A stretch of 64,000 nucleotides of DNA from a virus. Taxonomy: Duplodnaviria > Caudoviricetes. How positions within the stretch are numbered: the first letter of the stretch is position 1; every line of letters starts with the position of its first letter. Below, piece after piece: positions 47,330-55,386 of the stretch. The stretch lies in IMG/VR virus record IMGVR_UViG_2751185828_000002; one strand, given 5' to 3'. The notes under the pieces are model-generated. The model was not told where the DNA came from, searched no databases, and saw only the letters and a program-made list of their open reading frames with translations. The translations under genes were made by a program, and so were the position numbers.

Positions 47330-49173
47330 GTCTCCATGCGGAACGCTTCGCGGCTGCAGGTGGCATGGCTGCCGACGGAATGAAGAAGCTTCTGGGCACA
47401 CCTGCGCTGTCCCTGCTGGAGACGGTGGTGAGGGAGACGGTCCAGAACAGCTGGGATGCACGGCTCGTCGAGTCCGGCGTCGGCTACAGGATTGGCTTGC
47501 GAGAGCTGCGGCCAGAGGAGGCTGCCATTCTCCGCGATGAGATTCTCGCCAAGCTCCCTCCGTCCAAGGAGTCCGCAGACCCACTGCTTGCCTACCTTTC
47601 CTCGAAGCATCCGGTCGTCATGGAGATTTCCGACTGGAGGACCCGTGGCCTCGGCGGTCCATCTCGGGCGAACGTGCTGCCGAAGCCAGGGGAGCACAAC
47701 GACTTCGTGAATTTCGTGCGCAACATGGGTGCCCGTCGTGACATGGCGGGCGGTGGCGGCACTTATGGCTACGGGAAGAGTTCGCTCTATCAGCTCAGTC
47801 GATGTGCCACGGTCCTCGTTGACTCGGTCTCGCTGACTCCTTCCGCGCGGATCGTTCACCGCTTCATTGGATGCCACTTGGGCGATGCCCACGACAGCAA
47901 GCGCCATGGCCGGCTGACCGGTCGCCACTGGTGGGGCGTGGCCGATGCCGACGACGCGGACGTGGTCGATCCGGTTACTGGTCGCAGCGCCGTTCGGCTG
48001 CGGAAGGCGCTCGGGCTTCCTGATCGGGGAGCCGACGCCACGGGAACAACGCTGGTCGTGCTCGACCCCGATCTCGAGGACCGCCCGCTCGAGGCGGTTG
48101 CGGCCGAAATCCAGGAGGCGCTTCTCTGGTACCTCTGGCCAAAGATGCTCCTCGGCGCCGATGGCCAAAGGGCCATGGCCATCGAGGTCGAACTCAACGG
48201 AGAGCTGTTGCCGCTTCCGGCACCCGAAGATTTCCCGCCACTCGACCTGTTCGTTGAGGCCTATCGCACCGTGAAGGCTGGAGGGCCAAACCTGACCAGG
48301 ATCGCTTCCGAGCGGCCCATCCAGCACCTCGGCCTCTGCTCCATCAGACGCGGCTTCAGGAGGCCTCGGCAGTTTCTCGGCGACCCCGCTGGCAGCATCA
48401 TCCCGGCCACCAGTGCGCACATAGCCCTCATGCGTCCGGTTGAACTGGTCGTGAAGTACATCGAGGGCACCCACCTGCCAAGTGACACCGTCGAATGGGC
48501 CGGGGTCTTCATCTGTGACGACGATCCCGTAGTTGAGCAAGCTTTCGCCGACGCTGAGCCACCTGCCCACGACGACTGGATCCCGGACAAGATGCCGAAG
48601 AGCTGGGCAAAGACCTTCGTGCGGGTTGCGCTGGCAAGGCTGAAGTACCTCGCGGCATCATACGCATATCCGGCTTCGTCCTCCACGTCCGGAGCATCCG
48701 AGCAGCCACCGCTTGCCAAGGCGGCCGACCTTCTCGGCAGCTGCATGCCCGCAGTCGGAGGTACGGGCGGCGGTGGCGGCGGGTCGCGCGGCCGTGGAAA
48801 TGGCCGAGGCGGCGGTGGTCGCGGCGGAGGCCGTAGCTGGCGGGTCAGCGAGCCACGTTTCGTAGCGTTGCAGGAAGGCGCTACCGGGGCCGAAGCGCTC
48901 TTCGAGATCGACGTGGACAACAATACGGAGCGGGCAATCCGCCTTACCGCCATACCTGCTCCTGTGATCGATGGTGTCTTGGCAGGTCCGGACGAGGGTG
49001 ACGTCGTCGTCACGTTCGTATGCTGGGAAGATCAGGACGGCAATCAGCTGACCACGTCGCCTGAGCTGGTCGCAACGCCGGACGAGAGCGGCAGCTATCG
49101 TGCGCGTATCATCGTGCCTGATGTTGCAGCGGCCGGAGTGCGAGTGGCGGCAGCTGAGCAGGCACCGTCATGA
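47314..49173 (+). CDS. GHKL (MORC/MutL-like) ATPase
   Basis: RETVQNSWDA (N-box), ISDWRTRGLGG, GGGTYGYGKS; Gly/Arg-rich linker before a C-terminal domain. Confidence 0.75.
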   Translation: MSKPLSLHAERFAAAGGMAADGMKKLLGTPALSLLETVVRETVQNSWDARLVESGVGYRIGLRELRPEEAAILRDEILAKLPPSKESADPLLAYLSSKHPVVMEISDWRTRGLGGPSRANVLPKPGEHNDFVNFVRNMGARRDMAGGGGTYGYGKSSLYQLSRCATVLVDSVSLTPSARIVHRFIGCHLGDAHDSKRHGRLTGRHWWGVADADDADVVDPVTGRSAVRLRKALGLPDRGADATGTTLVVLDPDLEDRPLEAVAAEIQEALLWYLWPKMLLGADGQRAMAIEVELNGELLPLPAPEDFPPLDLFVEAYRTVKAGGPNLTRIASERPIQHLGLCSIRRGFRRPRQFLGDPAGSIIPATSAHIALMRPVELVVKYIEGTHLPSDTVEWAGVFICDDDPVVEQAFADAEPPAHDDWIPDKMPKSWAKTFVRVALARLKYLAASYAYPASSSTSGASEQPPLAKAADLLGSCMPAVGGTGGGGGGSRGRGNGRGGGGRGGGRSWRVSEPRFVALQEGATGAEALFEIDVDNNTERAIRLTAIPAPVIDGVLAGPDEGDVVVTFVCWEDQDGNQLTTSPELVATPDESGSYRARIIVPDVAAAGVRVAAAEQAPS

Positions 49174-50075
49174 CGGCCATTGCCTATCCCTTCCTTCGTC
49201 CCGGCCCCGACCGGATCAGCGCCGGGCCCTGGCTCGTCACGCGTGACGGCGAACCCTGCGTCTTCGCGGACGGCCACCTCGATCACTTTGACTACTCGAC
49301 CAACCTCGAGGCAGTTCGTCATTTCAAGGTCGATGTGGAAGGGGTAGCCGCTGACACCGGGCTTAGGGCCGACGAGATCAAGCTCCTCTGCGTCGTCACT
49401 TTCGGCACCGGTGGCCGCCGCCTCCAGCGCGCGAGAAGAATTGTTACCCGGGAAGTGATCCAAGCCGGTCGCGAGGCCATTGTACTGGCGCTAGCAATCG
49501 ATGGTCGCGAGGTCTCAGAGCTCTTCGTGCTCACGACCGAAATCATCCTTCTTTCGTCGGGTACGGTTCGTCGCCGGGTCTCGCCAGTCACGACAGGTGC
49601 AAGACTTTGGCGAGACGAATTTCGCGCCGCGGTAGAACCGCTCGGTGCGCGCTTCCCGATGGAAGCCGTGAGCTTTGCGACTGTGTTCCCGACCGGCCAT
49701 GGTGATGCACTCTGGTACCTCGACTGGTCACCGCAGACCCTACACCATGACTTCGCAACGTCGGTCCGACTGCTGATCAACCTGGACAGGCCGGCCTTTG
49801 TTGAAGCCGTGCAGCAAGCGGACGAGGTCACACTGAGGATGCTAATGTGCTCGGTAACCACCCAGATGGTCAGGTCGGCCATCGATCTCGATCATTTTCC
49901 GCTGGACCAAACGGAGGCCAGTCCTTCCTCGGTGTCAGCTGTGATCGAGGCATGGGTGGAACAGGCGTTCCCCGGTCAGTCGGCGGAGGCTGTGCGGACG
50001 CTGGCACAGCATGACCCGTCACGTTTTGAACTCGCGATCGGAAGCCTCTTTGCAGGAGAGCTCGGCAATGAGTGA
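49170..50075 (+). CDS. Hypothetical protein (301 aa), no domain recognised
   Basis: ATGA overlap with the ATPase; in operon. Confidence 0.75.
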   Translation: MTAIAYPFLRPGPDRISAGPWLVTRDGEPCVFADGHLDHFDYSTNLEAVRHFKVDVEGVAADTGLRADEIKLLCVVTFGTGGRRLQRARRIVTREVIQAGREAIVLALAIDGREVSELFVLTTEIILLSSGTVRRRVSPVTTGARLWRDEFRAAVEPLGARFPMEAVSFATVFPTGHGDALWYLDWSPQTLHHDFATSVRLLINLDRPAFVEAVQQADEVTLRMLMCSVTTQMVRSAIDLDHFPLDQTEASPSSVSAVIEAWVEQAFPGQSAEAVRTLAQHDPSRFELAIGSLFAGELGNE

Positions 50076-50814
50076 GTTCCGCCTCATGCCCCGCCTCGAC
50101 AATCACGGCGTTCGGCGACTGATTAGCCTGCCGGATTTGCTGCGAACAGGCTCCATCAGCGAGCGAATGGAGGCGGCCGGCACTTCGGTCTCATATGCTT
50201 CCAGTGGCGGATCGCGAGCCGACGCGGCCGATCTGAAAGTACTCCAAGAGCAAAGCGTTGCCCTTGCCAAACGCTTCGGATTTCCGAACGAGGGTCGAGC
50301 CGCCGGCAGGGCCTCGTTCGATGCAGAATTTGCGCAGTGGCTGGTGGAGGCTCCCATCATCAGCGGCGGTGAGGCGTTGCGGGATGATGTCTGGGCATTC
50401 GTTGCATGTTGTATCGCCCCGGAGGTGGTGCTCTGGCGCTTCGAGGACGGCCACGCTGATCGCTTCCATGGTGGTCTGCGCAACACCTTCCAGCGGCTCT
50501 GGCTCCGAGCACGTTCGCTGGATCGGGGTGCAGGAGCGCCGCAACGGTGGCAACTCGTCGAGGCGCTGTCGGAGGATGCGGTGGTTCAGATTGTGGAAAG
50601 GCCATCCATCGGGGGCGACCCCATGCTCGCTCGCGCAATTGCAGAAGCTTGGCTCGCGACCGCGAACCGGATTGGTGCGCGCCGAATGGAGGATGTGACT
50701 CGCCGAGCGGTGCGAAGAATCAGGATCGACAACGAGATTACGTGCCTGGCCTCGTTGGGTGAGCCAGAGCTTGTCAGCCGACTGCAGGGATTTTTCGACG
50801 AGGCTGCGTTATGA
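50068..50814 (+). CDS. Hypothetical protein, DUF6339-like
   Basis: DDVWAF...RF...RNTFQRLWLRA; 8-nt overlap with the previous gene. Confidence 0.65.
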   Translation: MSEFRLMPRLDNHGVRRLISLPDLLRTGSISERMEAAGTSVSYASSGGSRADAADLKVLQEQSVALAKRFGFPNEGRAAGRASFDAEFAQWLVEAPIISGGEALRDDVWAFVACCIAPEVVLWRFEDGHADRFHGGLRNTFQRLWLRARSLDRGAGAPQRWQLVEALSEDAVVQIVERPSIGGDPMLARAIAEAWLATANRIGARRMEDVTRRAVRRIRIDNEITCLASLGEPELVSRLQGFFDEAAL

Positions 50815-50866
50815 CCTTCGCGGCAACAAGATTGCTGCAGGGTCAACTGAGGCCGAAGCGAAGTAG

Positions 50867-52180
50867 TCAGTAGCCCCAACCAGAGCTGACGGGGGGATCG
50901 CCAAGCGGATCTTCAAGCTCGTCGACTGCCGGGAACAGATCGCCTTCGCCCGCAAAGGATTTCGCAGCATCCAGTCCGGTTTGAAGATCAAGCTCGGCTA
51001 ACCGTGACTCTACCCACTGCAGCATCCGGCCCAGATCCGAGTCGACGGCTAGGCTGGCTTCCTGCGGCAGGCCGGAGATCCATTCGCGGATTTCGCGGGC
51101 CTCCCGACGCAGCTCAATTATCTGCCGTAGGTGAGAGAGTCGCGTCTCCTCGCGTTTGAGGCGGGCCTGTGCGAGCTGTCGCCGTTGCTGCAGGATTTTC
51201 CATTGCCTCTCGCGCTCCTCACGCTCCTCGCGGCGCACACGAATGGTCTCTAGAATGAGCTCTATGCCGGCGACTATTTCGGGGACCATCCGTTCCACGC
51301 GTTGCGTCTTGCCGTCACCCCATGTCTTCCGCAGGCCGTCCGCCCACGCATCGATCGAGAACACGAGTTCGCCGGTCCACGCGGTCACATATTCCGGCCA
51401 GGGTGGACTGCTGCCGAACGAAATGCTGTCCCAATCGTTGCGCCGAAGGGACCGTGCCCGTTTCTCTTTCCTCTTCTCCTCCCGAGCGATTTCTTCTGGG
51501 GTCGGTACGTATTTCAGCCTTCTCGTTCGTTCGAGCAGGGTGAAGCTGATCTTGTCCGCGCCCTTCTGAACGGACATCTTCTCTCCGTCCGCTGTCAGGC
51601 TCAGCCCGACTTCGTCGAGCGTCCGCGCCAACGCGTCGAGGAAAAAGCAAGCACGTTCGGCGGACGGAGCGCCGACGATCACGCCACACTGGCCTGGCGC
51701 CGTGGCGCTGAGGACGCCCTCCTTGTCCGGCTTCCTGGTCCGAAGGAATCTCACCGTTTTCGCCACCGAGGCGTGTGGGTTTTCTACCAGAGGCATTGGG
51801 GATTCTGGCGTCGCCTTGATGGTAGCAGCCCGGACTTCGCGCTCAGCCTTTCGCTTCCGGGCGAGTTCGGCGACGCTGTCAGGAAGAGCTGAGCTGGCCC
51901 CGCGGATGCTCACCTGATCGAGGCTTCGATCCCTCAGTTCAAGGAAGGGCGGCACTTTCGGTTGTTCTCCGGCTGCCACCTTGGCCCAGTACCCCCGGGG
52001 CGGTACGGGAATGCGATGACGACTGCAGGCCTTCGCGAGCCCCCGATCCGATATCCCGAATTCCTGTGCAAGCGCTGTCATCGGCTTGCTCCAGACCAGG
52101 TCGTAGAGGTCCCGACGGCTAAGTATCTGTGAAGTCAACAATTCTTGAACTCTCCGCAATACAGCTTCGCGCGGAAGCAA
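50867..52180 (-). CDS. Hypothetical protein with N-terminal HTH-like domain (start uncertain, 52141-52180)
   Basis: LYDLVWSKPMTALAQEFGISDRGLAKACSRHRIPVPPRGYWAK; 437-aa ORF. Confidence 0.75.
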   Translation of the reverse strand: MLPREAVLRRVQELLTSQILSRRDLYDLVWSKPMTALAQEFGISDRGLAKACSRHRIPVPPRGYWAKVAAGEQPKVPPFLELRDRSLDQVSIRGASSALPDSVAELARKRKAEREVRAATIKATPESPMPLVENPHASVAKTVRFLRTRKPDKEGVLSATAPGQCGVIVGAPSAERACFFLDALARTLDEVGLSLTADGEKMSVQKGADKISFTLLERTRRLKYVPTPEEIAREEKRKEKRARSLRRNDWDSISFGSSPPWPEYVTAWTGELVFSIDAWADGLRKTWGDGKTQRVERMVPEIVAGIELILETIRVRREEREERERQWKILQQRRQLAQARLKREETRLSHLRQIIELRREAREIREWISGLPQEASLAVDSDLGRMLQWVESRLAELDLQTGLDAAKSFAGEGDLFPAVDELEDPLGDPPVSSGWGY

Positions 52181-52247
52181 TATCCCGCAGCGCCGTTTTA
52201 GCTGTCATCGCGACCCGGGTGAAACTTGGAGAAGGTTGGATATCAGA

Positions 52248-52263
52248 CCCATCCCCTCCGCCA
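52248..52263 (+). other. Candidate att core resembling a tRNA-Ser 3' end
   Basis: CCCAT-CCCCTCC-G-CCA fits T-stem 3' strand, acceptor 3' strand, discriminator G and CCA; no tRNA body upstream. Confidence 0.5.
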
Positions 52264-52726
52264 GTTCTTCCTGGTGTCACGGGTTGTTGCAGCAGGGGCC
52301 CGGTCATCTGGATCGGCAAGCTGCCGGTTTTCTGCTGTAGCGCGGCGCGCATTACCAGTTGCCGGCGGCCGGACCTGCGCCATTGTCAATGGGATCAAGA
52401 TAACAAGGACGGTCAGACCTGCCGATCGGCCCGGCAGAGATCGCCGACGGCAGGCTGGCTGAGGCCGGCCAAGATCACTTTGCGCAGGCCATCTGCGCGC
52501 CACTGTCGCGCATGCCCGCTTGTGGGCGAGCCCTAAGCCTGCCTTGGCAACCTGTTGCCCGCCAGCAGGGATGGCCAGGCGGGCAGGGGCAGCGGTTGGG
52601 ATCAGCCCGCTTGCTCACCGGCCGACCGCCCTGCCGCTGCCATCGGCGCGGCGGGTGCAGCGGCGGCTTGTGGCGCGGCGGGCCGAACGAGACAAAAGCG
52701 CAAGCCGAACGGGACGGGTGGTCGGC

Positions 52727-53119
52727 TCACTTCCGGCGACCGACGCCGGCGGTCAGGATGACGGCGGTTGCGGCGACGGCGGCGGCGATGAGGCGGCGGC
52801 GGCGGTGCCAGAGCGCGGCGGCGGTGATCGCGCCGAGGGTGACGGCGCTCCAGTCCAGGATGCCGTCCCAGACCAGCGCCCACGACAGCCTGCGCTGCGG
52901 GCCTGCGGCCGTGATCAGCTGCCCGCCTTCCCAGCCGACCAGATAGGCCATGCTCAGCACGGCAACGGCGTTCCAAGCCTCGCGGATGATCCAGATCGCC
53001 ATGATCAAGGCGGTCAGCCCGGCGCCGATGGCCCAGTGTCCCATCAGGGCCGCCGCCCAGACATAGGGATCGGCCTGCGCCTCGGGGGTGGCGAACATGG
53101 CGCGGATCAGGGCGATCAT
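52727..53119 (-). CDS. Multi-pass membrane protein
   Basis: 130 aa, three to four hydrophobic segments, basic C-terminus; ATGA overlap. Confidence 0.65.
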   Translation of the reverse strand: MIALIRAMFATPEAQADPYVWAAALMGHWAIGAGLTALIMAIWIIREAWNAVAVLSMAYLVGWEGGQLITAAGPQRRLSWALVWDGILDWSAVTLGAITAAALWHRRRRLIAAAVAATAVILTAGVGRRK

Positions 53120-53925
53120 GCGCGTGCCCCTGCGGGGGCCGACAAGCTGAGCCCGTATTTGCCGGCCAAAGCCTGACGGATCACACTGATCTGCGAATCG
53201 AGGGCGGCGCTGCCGTCGGTGATCAGGGACACGATCTCAAAGACTGGCCCGGTCCAACGCGGGGATAGATTTGCCGGTTCACCACGCCCGATCACGTTGA
53301 TCAACACCTTGTCGAGGCCGATGGCGGTGCCGGCCGCGTCCGCCTCGACCCCGTTCTGCCAGGCGCGCAGACCTGACGGCAGCAACTGCACCTCGTTCAA
53401 AACCATCTGCCCGACAGCACGAGGCAGCTTTCCGGTCGTCGAGCCTGCAAGGTTGATCGTCGAGGCGACAGACCCATCCGCGAAATTGCTATGGAAGAAC
53501 CGCATCGTCCGGGCCGTTCCCCCATTGATGCTGGCCGGCCCGCCCAGGAAATAGACCTGTTGGCCGGAGGTGCGCGTCGCGACGACGAACAGGCGGACGC
53601 CGATAAGATCGGCCGGATTGGCCAGCATCAGGCTGCCGACATCCAGAGACAGCCCGCCGTTGACGATCGGAACGGCGGCATCTGCCGGGGCGGCGTCGAA
53701 CATGGCGCCGGCGCCTCCGGCATTCGGGACCGCGGTAACGTTGCCATCGGCCCCGACGGTGGCCCGCGACGCCGCGAGGTGGATCGGGACCTGACCGCGG
53801 GCAACGCCATAAAGGTCCGGGATCGTCAGCGGCCGCGTCCAGGCATAGCCGGGGCCTTTCAACGCCCTGATCTCGCCCATCGGCCCCTTGATCCGTTTGG
53901 CCCTGGTCAGGTCCAGCTTTGGCAT
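53116..53925 (-). CDS. Tail-associated beta-sandwich (LamG/ConA-like) protein
   Basis: AWQNGVE...VIGRG...WTGPVFEIV pattern; TGATG overlap. Confidence 0.55.
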   Translation of the reverse strand: MPKLDLTRAKRIKGPMGEIRALKGPGYAWTRPLTIPDLYGVARGQVPIHLAASRATVGADGNVTAVPNAGGAGAMFDAAPADAAVPIVNGGLSLDVGSLMLANPADLIGVRLFVVATRTSGQQVYFLGGPASINGGTARTMRFFHSNFADGSVASTINLAGSTTGKLPRAVGQMVLNEVQLLPSGLRAWQNGVEADAAGTAIGLDKVLINVIGRGEPANLSPRWTGPVFEIVSLITDGSAALDSQISVIRQALAGKYGLSLSAPAGARA

Positions 53926-54518
53926 CAGACCAGCACCACCAGCTGGTTCACGGCAGGCGCGGCGGCGTCATAGGCGGACTGCGTGGTCACCACGGTCACA
54001 GTCCAGCTGGTGCCGTCCTTGCCGGCGGCACCTGTGGGGCCAGCGGCGCCGGTGTCGCCCTTGTCGCCTTTGGCGCCCGTGGCACCGGTGTCGCCTTTGT
54101 CCCCCTTTGGGCCGGTCGGGCCCATAAGGCCCTGAGGACCTGCCACGCCTTGCGACCCTTGCGGTCCCTGCGGCCCGATCGGACCCGTCGCGCCGGCCGG
54201 GCCGGCCGCGCCTGTATCGCCCCTGTCGCCCTTGAGGCCGGTCGGGCCACGCGCACCGGCCGGGCCGGCCTCTCCCCGCGCCACCGTCAGGACCCCGGTC
54301 GCCGGGTCATAGCGCGTCACATCGCCGGCGACGGTCGACAGGCCGGTAATCTGCCGCACGCCGGCCAGGGCCTGGTCGCGCGCCGCCAGCAGCTGCGCGG
54401 CGGTCTCATCGAGCGCCCTGGCCGCGGCAATCGCCCCATCGATCCGGGCGCGATCCTCGGGCGACACCGTCCCCGGCGGCCCCTGAAACCCGACCTCGAT
54501 CACCTCGATATCCGCCAA
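53925..54518 (-). CDS. Collagen-like (about 30 Gly-X-Y triplets) tail-fibre protein
   Basis: [10 protein letters not shown]...GKDG; C-terminal TQSAYDAA; TTG start. Confidence 0.8.
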   Translation of the reverse strand: MADIEVIEVGFQGPPGTVSPEDRARIDGAIAAARALDETAAQLLAARDQALAGVRQITGLSTVAGDVTRYDPATGVLTVARGEAGPAGARGPTGLKGDRGDTGAAGPAGATGPIGPQGPQGSQGVAGPQGLMGPTGPKGDKGDTGATGAKGDKGDTGAAGPTGAAGKDGTSWTVTVVTTQSAYDAAAPAVNQLVVLV

Positions 54519-54520
54519 CG

Positions 54521-54820
54521 TCAGCAGCCCTTACGCACGATCAGCACCCAGTCGCCATAGGCGCGCAGCTCTCCGCCCGGCCAGCGTATCCAGAGGGCGG
54601 CATGGTAGCGACCGGACGGCAGGTCCACGCTGGCAGGGGACAGTTCGAACGCGAACCCCTGGGCGTCAGGGGCGGCGGCGATCCGCAGGCAGACCCCGGC
54701 CGCTGCGGTAATCCGCAACTCGGCCGAGGCGCCGGCCAGATCGGCCAGCGCGCCCCCGGCCACCCGCGGGGCCACCCGCCAAGTCTTGGTCTCGCCAATC
54801 GTGTAGTCGATCGCTCTCAC
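54521..54820 (-). CDS. Small tail-associated (BppU-like) protein
   Basis: GTG start overlapping the previous stop; 99 aa. Confidence 0.55.
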   Translation of the reverse strand: MRAIDYTIGETKTWRVAPRVAGGALADLAGASAELRITAAAGVCLRIAAAPDAQGFAFELSPASVDLPSGRYHAALWIRWPGGELRAYGDWVLIVRKGC

Positions 54821-55386
54821 GGCCTTACTCCGAAAATCTCGTCCAGCGCCTCGTCGGTGACGCCCAATCCATAGGCTGCTGCGACGATCACGGGGTGGGT
54901 GCGGCTGATCTGGCTGTCCGTGCGCCATTTGATCCGTGCCGCCATCTGGGCATCGGCCGGCAGCGATGACATCAGCTCATCCATTCTGGCGGGGATGGCG
55001 CCCGCGGCGGCGTCCTCGGCCTCGGTAGGCGTCAGGATGCCTGCGACGACCAGCCGGATCAGCAATTCGGACTTGTCGAGCGATGCTGTCCGGCGGGCGG
55101 CAGCCAGGGCCGCTGCGGCTTGCGCGGCAATCTCGGCCGGGCTGCGAGGATCGGTCCAGGCACCTGCGTCGGCATCCCACGTGTGATGATCTGATGGGCG
55201 GGCGGGATATTCGCGGCGCGCTGCAAACTGCTGCGCGTGGACCATCGCAAGCAGGGCCGGATAATCGGGATCCAGGGGAGAGGCCAGATCAACGCGCGTC
55301 TGGCCCGGCCCGACGTCCTGGTAATACTGGATGTCGGCATCACCCAGGAAATGCGCGCCGATCACAGGGGCATCTGGTATCATCAT
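54817..55386 (-). CDS. Tail-fibre assembly-like protein
   Basis: PARPSDHHTWDADAGAW; ISRTHPVI...LDEIF; ATGA overlap. Confidence 0.65.
   Translation of the reverse strand: MMIPDAPVIGAHFLGDADIQYYQDVGPGQTRVDLASPLDPDYPALLAMVHAQQFAARREYPARPSDHHTWDADAGAWTDPRSPAEIAAQAAAALAAARRTASLDKSELLIRLVVAGILTPTEAEDAAAGAIPARMDELMSSLPADAQMAARIKWRTDSQISRTHPVIVAAAYGLGVTDEALDEIFGVRP

Larger units (their letters stand above)
41181..50814. other. Seven-gene candidate defence / restriction-modification cluster
   Basis: vsr divergent from dcm; four consecutive overlaps couple Z1, PD-(D/E)XK, GHKL ATPase and two unknowns. Confidence 0.8.
1..52263. mobile_element. Temperate prophage (lambda-like head, GTA-like tail) plus right-end defence cargo; left end lies outside the window
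   Basis: Ordered integration, repressor, replication, packaging, head, tail and lysis genes; candidate tRNA-type att at 52248-52263. Confidence 0.85.

Noticed and set aside
52190-52263. Complete tRNA gene
   Set aside because: Only the last 16 nt fit; no TTCGA loop, anticodon arm or matching 5' acceptor strand
52226-52726. Short ORFs (possible mom/com or methylase at a Mu end)
   Set aside because: No recognisable motifs in any frame
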